64,000 bases of DNA from Eledone cirrhosa. Taxonomy: Eukaryota. The first letter of the stretch is position 1; every line of letters starts with the position of its first letter. This document shows positions 39,823-55,379 of the stretch, in pieces. Both the position numbers and the translations under genes were made by a program. The notes under the pieces are model-generated. The model was not told the origin of the DNA. It searched no databases and saw only the letters and a list, made by a program, of their open reading frames with translations. Location of the stretch: contig OZ024743.1 in NCBI GenBank assembly GCA_964016885.1, forward strand, positions 65,534,001-65,598,000. The letters run 5' to 3'.

Positions 39823-42363
39823 TATTGTTATATTTGGGGAGGGTCATATTTGCGTAATATTGCCAGAATTAATAACAGAACACACTCACTGTTTGGTTGG
39901 TTTTCGCTTCTCGCTGTCTTTTATATATATATATCTGCGATCTAACTTACTCGGTCCTCAATGTTGCCATTGACTGACCGGCGGTCAAAAATAAAATAAT
40001 ACAGATACAATATAGACAAACACATATATATATAGTTTACATAAATCTTTCGTTGCACATCTGCAACATCGTCAGTGGTGTTATATTCATTGTTCCTCCT
40101 GTTGTGTTGTATGTCTACGCCATTTTTTTTTGTTCAGTCCGTCTATATATTTATTTATTTGTTTGCTTGTTTGTTTATCTTATTTTATTTTGTCTTCTTT
40201 GCGCATGCGTTTGCGTGTGTGATGTGTGACTAGTGTGTATAGTGTTGTGTCTGCTGGGTGACTAGTGTGTGTTTATGTGCTTGTGTATGTATTTATTTAT
40301 CTTATTTTATTTAATTTAATTTACTTATTTATTTATACTTCTCTTAGGTCAGTGTTGTTTGTTTGGGTGTTGTTGTTGTTCCACTCATTCTTTCTGTTTA
40401 GCTTTGGTCTTCTAATTTCTATTTCACTGGCCTCTCTGATTTGCCTATCTGCTGGGTCATTCCTATGTTTAGATATTATTCTAATTTCTATGTTGTCTAT
40501 GTTACCGTCATGATGTTGTCTAGCATGTTCGTATAGTACTGACCCGTTTTTTCGTCCTTTTAGTTCCCCCCAGTGTTGGTCTATCCTTTCACCTATGCTA
40601 CGAGCTGTCTCACCTATGTATGTTGTTGTCGTGTTTCTACAAGTACCCTCTGTACATCTTATGCTATAGACTACGTTTCTAGTTTTACAGTTTATCCGGG
40701 GGTTCACCTTACATATGATACATTTCCTATTGGTACAGTGGGTTTTCTTAAAAGGGTAGGTTTTGCTGATCAGGGATTTTATGGTGGTTCCTGGCTTTTC
40801 TACCACCTTTATTTTTAAGTGGGTCTTTCTCAGGGCCTTTCTACACTGGTTAGCTAATTTCCCTCCAGGGGTGGCGTCCACAAACATGACACTCTGATAT
40901 CTCTGGTTGTCGTACCATGATGTGGCCTTCCCTATCTTATGTCTAGCCCTATCTAAGCTATTCCATGATTTGCTCCTGTATAGTGGGCAAATTCCTTTCA
41001 TGTCCAGTTCTATGAGGGTCTTATACTTTTCCATGGCTCCTTCGTATACTCTGACTCTGTCTCTTTGGTTGTAGCCAGAGAACTGCATGCGGTTGATGAA
41101 GTGTTGGATGTGTCCTTCCATTTCTGTTGGGTCGCACATGCTGGACACATTCTTCATCACTCGTACCAAATCTGCGATCAGAATATTAAACTTAGCACTA
41201 CTGGACATTGCTGAGTTTTTGAGTATCAGGTATTTGGAGGCCATGGGTTTAGCATAGTGTGAGTGGAGAATTTGGGCTCTCTCGTCTATAGTGTTAATCC
41301 AGAGTTCTGTGTCTAATACAGGTAGTCTATTGTTAGGGTGTTTGGAAGGGAAGTCTATAGTTACAGTTATACTCTGGTGTATGGAATTAGCTATCTGCTG
41401 GATGCTTTCCATCGTGCTACGTTCTAAATCAAACTTGTTAGTGCTCTCTAGTGGGGGTGTTCTTATAACTATATTGATATCGTCTACATAACGAGAGTAC
41501 ATGATGAGGTCTATGGAGCTTTCATTAAGGAGATCTTTAAGTCTCCTTTCCCACCATACCATGAAAAGGTTGGCAACATCGCCAGCTATGCTGACGCCGA
41601 TGGCTGCTCCCTCATTTTGGGTGTAGATTTTCTCATTGAACTTAAATATGTGGCCCTTTAGGGTAGTTTTGATACTAGCCCCTATTGCATGTGCGACCAT
41701 TTTTCTTACCTGATCAGTGTTTTGGGGGGTCCGTATAGCTTTGGTCCACCCAATCCACCTTCCTATGGGAGTCTTTTTAGCCATTGAGGTTATGGTGGGG
41801 GGTCTACCTCTTATAGGTCTACTAGGGCAGAAACATCTAAGGTCATGGCTGTCTAGGTAGTCAGTGTCGTAGGTAAGTCTAAGTAGGAGGCCCAGTTCGT
41901 CTGTGTCGACGTCGCAGAACTCCACCTCACTCTCAATGATCATCTCCACACATCTTTTCACAGCAAAATCAATGTTAATGGATGGGTACAGTGACACCAC
42001 ATCCATGCTGCCTATTATGCAGTTGGATAGGCTCCTGTTTTTGTTGCACTCACTGATTCTGCTGAGGAGGTCCTCTGTACTTTCACATACATCTGGGGAC
42101 ATCTTGATTATGGGGCGTATAACCATTGAGAGGAAGTAGGAGATCCTGTAGTTGCTAGCTATATTAGCTCCGCATACAGGTCTTGTTGGTGGTCCTGTTG
42201 TCGGGTCGTCGACTGTCTTGTGGTCTTTGCGGAGCCCATACAAGGGTGGTATGCCATTGTTAGACGCCTGGAAGTTGTTGGCAGTGCGTCTGCTTGGCTT
42301 TAGGATGTCAGTCCACATCATCATGTGAGCGTTGAGGATTTTTTCTCTCCCATCGTGTGTTAG
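39823..42363 (-). mobile_element. Penelope-like element, 5'-truncated, open RT + Cys linker + GIY-YIG ORF (40333-42324)
   Basis: LYGLRKDHK, SMDVVSLYPSI, QNEGAAIG, SRYVDD, HCTNRKCIICK, VVYSIRC..YIGET..R..H..E; 3' region with HHR ends in (TA)n. Naiad-like assignment is tentative. Confidence 0.93.
40039..40078 (-). ncRNA. Minimal type-I hammerhead ribozyme in PLE 3' region
   Basis: CA-CTGACGA-T-GTTGCA gatg TGCAAC-GAAA-GATT-TA-TG; intact core, 6-bp helix II, weak helix I. Confidence 0.7.
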
Positions 42364-42469
42364 TTATATATATATATATACATATACACACACACACAGA
42401 CACAGACATACACACATATATATTGCATATAATTTTTGTACACACACGTTCCGGTATGAACATAAATAA

Positions 42470-42645
42470 ATAATTGTTTCTACTTTAGGCACAAGGCCAG
42501 CAATCACCCAGTGCATTACTGGTACTTCATTTTATCGACCCCGTAAGGATGAAAGGCAAAGTTAACATCGGCGGGATTTGAACTCAGACCGTAAAGGGCC
42601 GTAACTATGCTGGAAAGCATGGCGTCCGTCCCTCTACCGATACTA
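42470..42645 (-). mobile_element. SINE S1 copy
   Basis: Near full-length reverse complement of S1. Confidence 0.85.
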
Positions 42646-42822
42646 TAAATAATACAATATATCAGCTCTCTTCCCGATTGAGCAATGTTTTCCTTTTTAC
42701 TTTTTCACACCTACGGATATTTTATACACACACACACATACACACTCTCTGTCACACACATATATGTATATATATATATATATATATACATAGGCAACAT
42801 ACACATATGTATATATATATAT

Positions 42823-43174
<352 letters not shown>

Positions 43175-43440
43175 AGTATTGAAGTTTCCGTTGAAAATTG
43201 ACAAAGTCATAGGAATGAAGAGTGCTCTATGTAAGTTACAGACGAACGAATGAGGACGTTTCTTGTATTCGTCTTATTCGGGAAACTTCTGGTAATGAGG
43301 TCATTATTTGTATTGTTTATTATACATTATATATATGTATATATATATATATGTATATATTTATATATACTGTATATGCATATATAATATAGAAAGGCTT
43401 CTACAGGACTAGAACCGTTTCATTCGGGAGAAATCATAAG

Positions 43441-43491
43441 GGCTACCTGATGAATCCTCCCGAATGAAACAGTTCTAGTCCTGTAGAAGCC
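43441..43491 (+). ncRNA. Type-I hammerhead ribozyme with an inverted copy immediately upstream
   Basis: GGCTAC-CTGATGA-ATCCTCCCGAAT-GAAA-CAG ttctagtc CTG-TA-GAAGCC; inverted partial copy at ~43386-43439. Confidence 0.72.
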
Positions 43492-43632
43492 TTTCTATAT
43501 TAAATATTTATACTCTGCTTTGTATTGAGTACCTTACTTTGGTTACCCCCGATTGAACCCGGGATAAACTTATCTTTCACATCAGATAAAATAAGGTAAC
43601 ATGATATGAGGCCTAAAAACACTTGTCAACAA

Positions 43633-43698
<66 letters not shown>

Positions 43699-43767
43699 AA
43701 AAAGAGATGAAATCGAAAATGCAACTGGAGTCTTATTTTAAAAAAATATATATATATTTATTTGGTT

Positions 43768-43805
43768 CCTTTACCGGTTTCGCAGTTCTTCTGCTTTTCA
43801 AAAGG
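43768..43805 (-). ncRNA. Minimal hammerhead ribozyme with U3-A8 covariant core
   Basis: CCTT-TTGAAAA-GCAG aagaa CTGC-GAAA-CCGG-TA-AAGG; helices I and II fully paired, palindromic CCGG. Confidence 0.75.
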
Positions 43806-43884
43806 TGAGTTGAGATGGAGGGTCTGTGGTTTTCACTCGTGTAGGACACCTCGGTTATTTTTCATTTTGTAAAAAAAACCTCAC

Positions 43885-43915
<31 letters not shown>

Positions 43916-44169
43916 CAAGTTAATATAAATTAATATATGATAAACACCCATATGAACATATAAGCGTTTGCATTGTAAACGACAAAGTTAGCTAGATTGA
44001 AAAATACTAATTAGATTAATACAGTTTGCCTGTCTCGATTTAAAATAATAAAAACAAACCCATATTGGCAATAGCCATGATACCTGGACAAATTGTATTT
44101 CACGGCTCAGAAATGCTTCTTTCTTTGAGCTAATTAATTGTAAAAGACTGTTTGAGTTTATAACTCTAA

Positions 44170-44274
<105 letters not shown>

Positions 44275-44548
44275 TAAAATAACAGATTAAAGTTTAAGCA
44301 AAGAATCCACGATATCTAGGTGAATATTCGACTTGATGCGATGGAATTTAATTGGCCAACACACACACAAACACACTCACATAAATGTTATATATTACAT
44401 ATACTGGGTATCCGTCGGTTTTGAAGATGAATAATCTAGTTGATGCGACACACAATTATCAAAAATATGGTGTTTTCAGTTGGATAGTTGATCACAGACA
44501 GGTGTATTTAATGGCAGGTTTTATCATCATCATCATCATCATCATCAT

Positions 44549-44765
44549 ATTCTTCTTCTTCTTCTTCTTTGCCCACATAATCAGGAGAGGGTTGTGAGGG
44601 CAGAGTCTTCAAACATTCAATTCAGCAAGTCTTGTCAGAAGCATCCGACACTCGACTGGTGCTGTTGGATCCTTAAGTGAGACCAGCCAAGCTGATGTAT
44701 GTTATCCAACCATCTTGCTCGGGGTCCACCCCTGGGTCTCTTGCCGGTTGATTTTGCCAGCTCTT
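44549..44765 (-). mobile_element. RTE-like LINE 3' fragment with (GAA)n tail
   Basis: GKRPRGGPRARWLDNI motif; a second related 3' end starts at ~44817. Confidence 0.65.
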
Positions 44766-45097
44766 CATTATTAAAATAAATCATTCTATCTAATATTGGC
44801 ACAGGGCCAGTAAATGCTTCTTCTTTGCCCACATATTCCGGAGAGGTGTCGTAATGAAGGCAGAATATTCAGACAGGCCTTCCAGAGGGTTCTATGCGAA
44901 ACAACCCTCTCCGAACGATCCGGCTGGATGCCCAATCGAAACATATCAATATTTTAAAAAATCTTTGAGAAGATGAAAGATCAAAATAACAAACCGAACA
45001 CGAATAATATTTTTTATTGAAATAACAATTTTATTTTAGCTTATAAATTCTTTTTTCTTCTTAAAAATCTCTTATATACATTAAATGTCACATTATT

Positions 45098-45140
<43 letters not shown>

Positions 45141-45443
45141 GAAGTTTATATGGAATAATACATATATACGTAATAATACATATATTTATTAAAAAAAAAC
45201 GTTTTTCCTAGTCTTGCTACTTTGACCTTCCGTCGACTAGGGAGGCTTTACAAAAATACACATTTGATTAATTCAACAAAGTTTTAACAAGAAGCACCGA
45301 AGGAAATTCGTTGCCAAGATTTGGCAGTATTTTATTGGTACGTATAGCAGTGTTCTCACAAAGACATGTTGGAAATTTAGTAATATTTTTAATAGTAACA
45401 TAGTTTGCATTGACAGGACTATTACGTGAAATAAATGCTTGCG

Positions 45444-46458
<1,015 letters not shown>

Positions 46459-46846
46459 GATATCCACATACATCAATGCTATGCGTGTGTATGTGTGTAC
46501 ATGTCTATTCGTCCAATGCGAATTATGTTACAAGTTCATAATATACTATATTGTCGAGTTAGATTTTGTTTTTTTCAAAGATCATAGTATTTTTCTTTTA
46601 TTAAATCAATTATTAAAAGAATTCAAAATAAAATGAAAGAAACAAAGTACTTTACTGAAATTTGAAAAGTTGCAAGCGTAATACTTTGTATAATGTTTGG
46701 TGGTTTATGGATTATGAATGAATGAAACACACACACCCAAGGAGAGATAGAGAGATATAGAGAGGGGAGAGATAGAGAGATAGAGAGATAGAGAGATAGA
46801 GAGAGGAGGAGAGATAGAGAGATAGCGAGGGAGAGGAGAGAGGGCT

Positions 46847-46913
<67 letters not shown>

Positions 46914-47496
46914 TGTGAGAGGGCTGCACACGTATTCATAGATAGACTGATAAATGGACAGATAGATGGATAGAGAGTTAGATAAATAGATAGATAAATA
47001 TAGAGAGAATGAGACAGCAAAAGATATATATATATATACATATATGTGCATATATGTATATATACATATACATATATATATATATGAATATATGATATTA
47101 ATTTTATAATAGTAATGGTGATGATAAGCATGAATATGATAATGATTATGATGTTGATGTTACATGATACAGATGATGATGATGACGATTATGATGACGA
47201 TCATGACGACAATGATGATGGTGATGATGGTGATGATGATGATGATGATGATGATGTGATTGGGAGATGAAACGCTTGCTTATATGTTTAGCTGTCAACA
47301 GCTTCACATTATTATGTTTATTACTTTAAAGTTGTTTCATTCGTTGCCCTTCTGGCAAAATAGGGACCTCATTATTTTCATTACTACTACAGCTACTGTT
47401 ATTTACTATTATAATTACTATTATAATTACTTACGGGGTCGATAAAATAAAGTACCAGTGGGTATTTGCTGGCCTTGTGCCAAAAGTAGAAACAAC

Positions 47497-47554
<58 letters not shown>

Positions 47555-47587
47555 TATATATATATACAGTATATATATATATATACA

Positions 47588-47653
<66 letters not shown>

Positions 47654-47677
47654 ATATATATATATATATATATACAG

Positions 47678-47721
<44 letters not shown>

Positions 47722-47809
47722 ATTATAAGTTGCAATATTATATAATGTAAATAAATAGTAATAATGAATAAATAAATAAATAAATAAATAAATAAAAAAA
47801 TAATAATAA

Positions 47810-47851
<42 letters not shown>

Positions 47852-47854
<3 letters not shown>

Positions 47855-47960
47855 TGTTTCTACTATTGGCACAAGGCCAGCAATTACCCAGTGCATTACT
47901 GGTACTTTATTTTATCGACCCCGTAAGGATGAAAGGCAAAGTTAACCTCGGCGGGATTTG
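47852..47960 (-). mobile_element. SINE S1 3' half within (AAT)n
   Basis: Core and tail on the minus strand. Confidence 0.8.
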
Positions 47961-47974
47961 CCATCAGAATGGCA

Positions 47975-48042
<68 letters not shown>

Positions 48043-48244
48043 GGTTAAAATGCCAATAATTATAATCAATCAGTGTTTGGTTAAACAAACGATACGAAAT
48101 AACTGTTAAGCGAACCTCACAGTTTTCACGAACACAACGGGTTGTTGTGCACATATATACATATGTATATATATATACATATGTAGACATATATATATAT
48201 AAATATATATATATGCATATGTATATACATTATATATACATACA

Positions 48245-48308
<64 letters not shown>

Positions 48309-48770
48309 TATATATATATATGTATATACATACACATACATATATCTATATACTATACATATATGTACATACATATATATATACATATACACATATTTAT
48401 GATTTAAGTTCATTTTCTTTATATTAAAATATTAGAATTGCCGTTAAAATTAACATTAACATCAATTATGTTATTATCATTACAAATTTAGTTGCTGTTT
48501 TTTTTTTCAAATTAAAACAAATACAAGAAACACTCACAAGAAACACAAACAAACTATGAAACCCTTACAAATGGCTACCAAATATAAATACAAATTATTT
48601 TATCATTTACCTGCTGTTCAACTTATGTTTTGTATTATTCTAAAATAGTTTCAAATCTAAATAATAAGTAAGAAATAACTATTTTGTTTAATATAATATG
48701 TCGGATGGCCTCAGAATTTGAAGAAACGGGAGTGCACTCAATTAAATTGAGCACGATTTTCATTTCGCCG

Positions 48771-48806
<36 letters not shown>

Positions 48807-49100
48807 ATACATTAACAGAGAAAGCTTTAAGCGATACTCCGACCGACTCCCATCTCACTCAACAAGCATTAGGATATACCTGAGTATAATCCCAATTTTA
48901 TGTTTGGGGCGCTAACTATATTGTATTTTGTGGATAGCCGGTTGTATTATTTTATATGAGACATAATTAAATAAATCTCTCTTTCCATACGATCGTTTCG
49001 TTATAAGTTTTCTACAAATTGGGAAAATAATGTCCAGGTTATGTAGAAGCTTGCATATAGTCCATAGGTATACATACAAGTGGGCACTTATAATTCATCA

Positions 49101-49142
<42 letters not shown>

Positions 49143-49782
49143 TATTATATGAATGTATGTGCTTGTGTGTCATGTGTGTATGTGTGGTTTCTCCTCTGTC
49201 CCCGTATCAGTAAGCTACAAAGATTTATTAGTAAGCGACTGCTAGTGGCGAGAGAATTAGGATAACTTTATATGAAAGCAGACGGGGGATGATTTAACTT
49301 GAAATCATCGAATTGTTGTTGTTTAACTCCAGATCAGCCTTCATCAAAGGCATTGCCGCCATGACGACACATTTCTACATCTACATTATTAATTTTACTC
49401 AAGAAGAAGGAAAGTAATTTGAGAGAGTTTTAGCTACTTGCTCGATCAGCCACATTGTGGTTCCATTATCGGATCGTTCTATTGTTGGCTGGTGTTTGAG
49501 ATGACTACAATAATTAGAACATTAACAACAACAACATAACATCCTCATCATCAGCAACGACACAGACAGCAACAACAAGCATAAATATAATTTAATGGAA
49601 AATATAAAACAGCAACTAAATAACAACAACAATAACAAGAATAACAATTTTGAAAACATCAACAATATTAAAATCATATAAACCCCCTTAGATAATTGAT
49701 AAATAATCATTAACAACATCGATTTGTGTGTGTGTAGGTAGAGTGAGGGGTTATAGAAAAGGCGCTTTCAAAGAAAATAGTG

Positions 49783-49830
<48 letters not shown>

Positions 49831-50172
49831 ATAAATTTATCTACACAATTATATACTTAAATACATACATATATAATTATTGTGTCAAGCGCTTCAATTA
49901 GTGTGCAAAACAAAATATCATTTTAAATTAAAAAAAAACAAAACAGAAAAAAAAAACAGAAACAGTTTAACTTTAGAAACACTATTTAAGTGTCTAAAAA
50001 TGTTCAAATATTTCAAAGTTTACATTTCTTTGAAGTGTGCCATATTGCGTGAGATGTAGTGAACTGCTATACAGTAAAAAAAAAATGTTCTCTTCTTTTC
50101 GCCGTGTCGTTTTTCTCTTGTTTTATTTTTTTTTTATACATATACATACATACATATATATACATACATACA

Positions 50173-50275
<103 letters not shown>

Positions 50276-50981
50276 TTGCTGACAGAAAGATTCAACATTT
50301 CTACAACTTACGTTCTCTGTGCCCGGGAGCGGAGAACCCAAACGTGAGTTTTGTTGGTAATGTTTGTCATAGAAATGATGTACGTAATGTCTCAGGGTTT
50401 CAAATAAAAGACGATTATTATTATCATTATTATTATTATTATTTGCTTAGTTTTGGTAGTTTATAGGAGTGTATATATATGTATTTGCGGTGTGAGGGAG
50501 GGAGGGATTGAAAGGGTTTAAGAGTGAAAGGACCAAACAAAGCATTAAATACTTTATGAGGTTGAAGAACTCTACATTATGTGTGGATCATAATAATAGT
50601 AGTAATAATTATAACAGAATGTTAAAAAAAATTTTTTTTTTAATTTTCAACAGGGAGGGGAGGGGGACATTAAGTAAACAAACAAAAAAAACCAGTGCTT
50701 TCGTGGAAAATCATTCAATCGATTTCGTTCGATTTCCACGTTGAGTGAAAGTGGAAAGGAAAGCATTACAATGTTATGTGCTTGTTTACTGGTATACATC
50801 ATTCATCGTACGTGTGCGACCTATAGAAACGTACCAACCATGGGGCCGGAGGATGAGGAAAACGAAGGGAAACAAAGTAGAATATTGGACATATGAAATA
50901 TTTCTCATTTATGTTTTTACGGCCTGCCGCAAAAAATACACATAAAATAAAGAAAAAAAAAGCATAAAGACAAAAAAAGCA

Positions 50982-51034
<53 letters not shown>

Positions 51035-51592
51035 AACTCACATACACATACACTCACATACACACATACACACGCATTATATGCATGTTTGTATGCATGT
51101 ATTAATGGTATGTTCATTGAAAGTCCGGTTAGTTTTTAAAATAATTTGTGTGCCTTGTACTGTTCTGTGTTTTCAGTCACAAATCAAAAACAATTCTCTC
51201 AGCTCTCGGAGCCATTGTTTTCAAAAATTGTAAAGGGAGAAGAAAACATTTTTCTTCATCATCAACAACAACAATAACAACAACAATATATTGTTATGTT
51301 TCCAGGCAATAAAATCAGGTTCACATTTTAATTAGATCAATGTGAAAATAAATGTTCTTTTTTTTCTTTAAATAATGAGTGAGTGATAAGATGTCCATAT
51401 TTCGTCGTTTCCCCATAGTCGCTAGGACGCCATTGTCGCTAAATTCTCTGCTTCTCAACGCCGCTGGTTGGACTCGTTTCTTTGGGTGATTTATAATTCA
51501 TATTTTTTCATTCATCTCTTGCAATCGTTTATCTTGTTAGGTCGTTTATTGTTTCTTCATTTGCCGATCAAACAGAAAAGAAGTGATGTTTT

Positions 51593-52936
51593 TCATATGT
51601 GACGCTTCATATGCAGTGAGAGATGGTCGCTTCTAGAAAATGCCCGTTCGCAAAGATGGCACTGGAAAGGTCGATCTCCTGTATGTTTTCTGTAATGGCG
51701 TGTCAATTCATCTGAACGTGCAAACTTCCAACCGCATCCCTTCCAATTGCAATGGTAAGGTTTCTCACCCGTGTGTGTGCGCAGATGAGCTTTCAGATGA
51801 GAGCTCTTCGTGTAGGTTTTACTGCATCCAGTGTGAGTACATGTATGGTTGGTCTGACGTTTGCGACCCCATGAACGCCTGCCTCGTTTTTTTGGAACGT
51901 TAACCCCGCCATCGACAATTGCCTGTTGCTGCAATAAGTCCACAAGTTGCGGTGATGCTGGAGGTGTAATCATCTGGTGAGGTAATTGTAACATCGAATT
52001 CTGAGGATTTCCCATTTTAGGGAGAATGTGTGGAGGCAAAAGTATCTGTTGCTGGTGAGGATGGTGTGGATGCATCATTCCTAGTTGGTTGCATTGCATC
52101 TGTTTACGGTCGTCGTGCATTTCTGGGGATGCTGGTGGAGACATGTGACCGGGGATGACATAGTGTATGGGATTTGGTTGCTGTGCGGTGCCTGCAGGCA
52201 AAGCAGTCATTGTTGCGTTATATGTGGCACAAGATGAAGACATGGTGCCGTATTCCTGCTTGGGAATAATATTCAACGGAGAGGTCTTAAATTCTGATTT
52301 AACAGTCAGCATTTCAACTGTATTATTAGGATGATGACTATGATGGTGATTTTCAGTGTCGAATTTAATGTCAGGGATATCTAGAAAAGCTGAGTGGAAG
52401 TCGGGGAGTGGTTCTAAAGTTTCTTGTTTGATCTTCATTATTGGTTCCTCTTGATACAAGCTTTGGTTTTCGGCAGTGTTGTTTAGGATAAAGTCTAAAT
52501 CTAGAAGATGCTCGTAGTTATCCAGCATCTGTTCTTGACCACGGTGGTTACCCAATAAATAGGAAAGTTGACTGCTGTATGACGGCTGCTTCATCATGTT
52601 AGACATAATAGCTAACGTAGACAGGTTACTGCCGTTGGCAGTGAGTGTGATCATAGGATTCGAAGAGGTGTTCACATTATTATTGAGACTATCTGTCGTG
52701 CTGTTATTAATGTTGCTGTTAACACCATTGTTATTCATGGCAAGGATATGTAGGTTACTAATGGTTGGCATATTTGTCGTCGTGTTCAAACTGTTGCTAG
52801 TTTGTTGTGGCTGTTGGGTATGTGTTGGCCGGCTTGGACCAAGTAATAACTGATCCGACTGTGACATAATATGCAGCATGCTCGTTTCATACGGCGTGTT
52901 ATCCTGGTACAGTAGATTCTCCACTTCTTGCCAGGT
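51593..52936 (-). CDS. KLF2/4: Kruppel-like factor, KLF1/2/4 group, main coding exon (three C2H2 zinc fingers, stop codon)
   Basis: [11 protein letters not shown] basic motif, [30 protein letters not shown] fingers and LLDLDFIL motif as in KLF4; acceptor ttttaattacAG at 52938-52937 opens in frame with TWQEVENLL. Confidence 0.95.
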   Translation of the reverse strand, partial: TWQEVENLLYQDNTPYETSMLHIMSQSDQLLLGPSRPTHTQQPQQTSNSLNTTTNMPTISNLHILAMNNNGVNSNINNSTTDSLNNNVNTSSNPMITLTANGSNLSTLAIMSNMMKQPSYSSQLSYLLGNHRGQEQMLDNYEHLLDLDFILNNTAENQSLYQEEPIMKIKQETLEPLPDFHSAFLDIPDIKFDTENHHHSHHPNNTVEMLTVKSEFKTSPLNIIPKQEYGTMSSSCATYNATMTALPAGTAQQPNPIHYVIPGHMSPPASPEMHDDRKQMQCNQLGMMHPHHPHQQQILLPPHILPKMGNPQNSMLQLPHQMITPPASPQLVDLLQQQAIVDGGVNVPKKRGRRSWGRKRQTNHTCTHTGCSKTYTKSSHLKAHLRTHTGEKPYHCNWKGCGWKFARSDELTRHYRKHTGDRPFQCHLCERAFSRSDHLSLHMKRHI

Positions 52937-53113
52937 CTGTAATTAAAAGAAACAAAATATAAATAATAATCATGATATTGACATTTATGTAACTATATGT
53001 TAACTTATATATAAGGGGATTAAAATGAAATTTATTGCAATCACATTATACCATAAATCTGCTCGAATATGTTTTATACAGGCTTACACACACACACACA
53101 CACACACACACAC

Positions 53114-53173
<60 letters not shown>

Positions 53174-53325
53174 ATATATACGTAATATGTATATACGTAT
53201 ATATATATGAATATACATATATATATACGTATATATATGTATATACGTTAACGAAAAAGAACCAGAGTTAAATATGATACTCAATACATTAGTAGAGAAA
53301 GTGTATATTTATTTCATATAAAAAT

Positions 53326-53430
53326 GACGTCTACAGGACTAGAACTGTTTCATTTGTTTGAAATCATCAGGAAAGTATTTTACTGGTGATGATTTTGAAG
53401 GAACGAAACAGTTCTAGTCATGTAGAAGTC
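53326..53430. ncRNA. Inverted pair of decayed hammerheads in the predicted KLF intron
   Basis: Same family as 43441-43491; minus copy (53326-53376) keeps CTGATGA and GAAA-CAG..CTG-TA but helices I and II are weak. Confidence 0.55.
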
Positions 53431-53721
53431 ATTTCTATGCGATATATATATATATATATATATATGCATGTGTGTGTATGTGTGTGCATGAGTGTATGTG
53501 CATGTGTGTGTGTATGTGTGTGAATGTGTGTGAATGTGTGTGTATGTATGTGTGTGAGTGTGCATGAGTGTGTGTATGTGTATGTGTGAGTGTGTGTATG
53601 TGCGTGTGTGTGCGTGTGTGAATGTGCGTGTTTGTGTGCATGACTGTGTGTGTATGTGTATGTGTGAGTGTGTGAATGTGGTGCACGTGCCTGTGCAATT
53701 ATGAGGTAGCAGAATACTAAC

Positions 53722-53823
53722 AACTTGTACAACTTTAGCTCGCTCCTTCTTGGCACATTGCTGGTACAGCGGAATATGGAAATGGGACAACCTGTTTGGT
53801 ACAGACGACATTGAGGCCGGCAT
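53722..53823 (-). CDS. KLF2/4: Predicted first coding exon of the KLF gene (MPASMSSVPNRL..KVVQV)
   Basis: ATG at 53823, 34 non-repetitive codons, donor GTTAGT at 53721-53716; phase 0 matches the downstream acceptor. No transcript evidence. Confidence 0.6.
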
Positions 53824-54900
53824 TTCTGTTTCTTGATTTCCAAGAAACACAATATAAGTTAATAGATACTTCCTGCTCTTTTTTGAAAATTAATCTTGCC
53901 CTTGATTTTCTTATTTTCTTCCTTTCTTACTTTTTTTCACTACTTTTTGAAACATTGCCTTTCTCTCTCTTTTTTTCCTGTGATGCATATGTTAAAAAAT
54001 TTTGTCTGTAAGTTTTTATTTTCGAGTTTTGTTTAAGAAATAAAAAAAATAAAAAATAATATTTATATTCTCAGTCTGAATATTCCCTGGTAATCCAATC
54101 AGACCTGATGATGAAAAATGTTTTTTTTCGAGACTCTGGTATAAAACTCCGTATGTGTATCCGATTCTAATACGATATTTGAGATCCCAAATCAGAAAGC
54201 CAGCACTTAGATTGCGAAGCTATCCATAGTATATTTTTCTGTGTATGAATATATGTATGTATACAATGTTGATGATGTCTTTCCTGAGAGCAATATGTGG
54301 TTTACGTGAAGTTATTTTGTCATCAAATCCTCATTTGGGGTGGTGGTGGGGTGGGGGAGCAAGGGTTAGATTAGAGAAATACACTTCTGTGCATTTTTGT
54401 ATATATATATATATATATATATGTGTATGTGTGTGTGTATGTTGTAATATGTGTGCAAGTATCAGTGTCTGTTTGTATGCAAGTTTTACACTTGGTTATG
54501 CGTGAGTGCACGGGCATAAGTGAAAATTCAACAAAAGGTTTGTATGTAGGACTTCTGTTACTGGCAGAGGAGCGAGACCACCAGCAAGCAGCATGCGTGA
54601 TTACAAGACTCCAACTGCACCACAACAGCAACCGAAAACAACAACAACAACGTAACAACAGTCAGTCCATCACACGGATCAACATATACCCCCCTCAATC
54701 TTCCTCATTATCTCCTTTCCTCTCTACTCCCTCTCCCCCTCCTCATCATCATCATGATCTTCTTCACGGTCATCCTCCTCATCATTATCCCCCTCTTCCT
54801 CTCCTCTTCCTCATTATGCTAATCCTCACTACACACAAGCACACACAAACACACACAAAAAAAGTATAGATAACAATCGACAAACAACAGCAAGCAGCAA

Positions 54901-54935
<35 letters not shown>

Positions 54936-55126
54936 CCACCACCACCAACAACAACAACAATAACAACAGCAAAAACAACAACGGCAACAACTACAACTAC
55001 AAAAACTACAATAACAACAACAATGACAACAACATAAGCGACCAGTTGAGCTTAGCTATCGGAATGTAACAATATTTGAGCCGTTCCGACCTTCACTGTC
55101 GGCAACTAACGGCATCTAATAGTGAG

Positions 55127-55137
55127 CACGTGATTGG
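55127..55137 (-). promoter_or_regulatory. Candidate CCAAT + E-box composite upstream of KLF
   Basis: CCAATCACGTG on the minus strand, in a non-repetitive island ~1.3 kb upstream of the predicted ATG. Confidence 0.3.
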
Positions 55138-55315
55138 GTCGACGGCATAAACTTAAACCAGAAAAAGATGAACTAATCCTATCATTGTGGTTACGCTTGT
55201 TGTTGTTGTTGTTGTTGTTTCACGTTTAAATCCGATCAAAACGCACCAAGCACCTACCTACTACTATATGTATAAACACACACACATATGTATATATAAA
55301 TATAGATGTGTGTTT

Positions 55316-55379
<64 letters not shown>

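Noticed and set aside
40333-42324. Selenoprotein-type Naiad element
   Set aside because: No in-frame TGA in the visible ORF and no SECIS recognised; the missing 5' part cannot be judged.
54105-54145. CTGATGA-TGAAAAA..TTTTTC-GAGA upstream of the KLF start codon
   Set aside because: GAAA is altered and no helix I forms; compatible with chance in AT-rich DNA.
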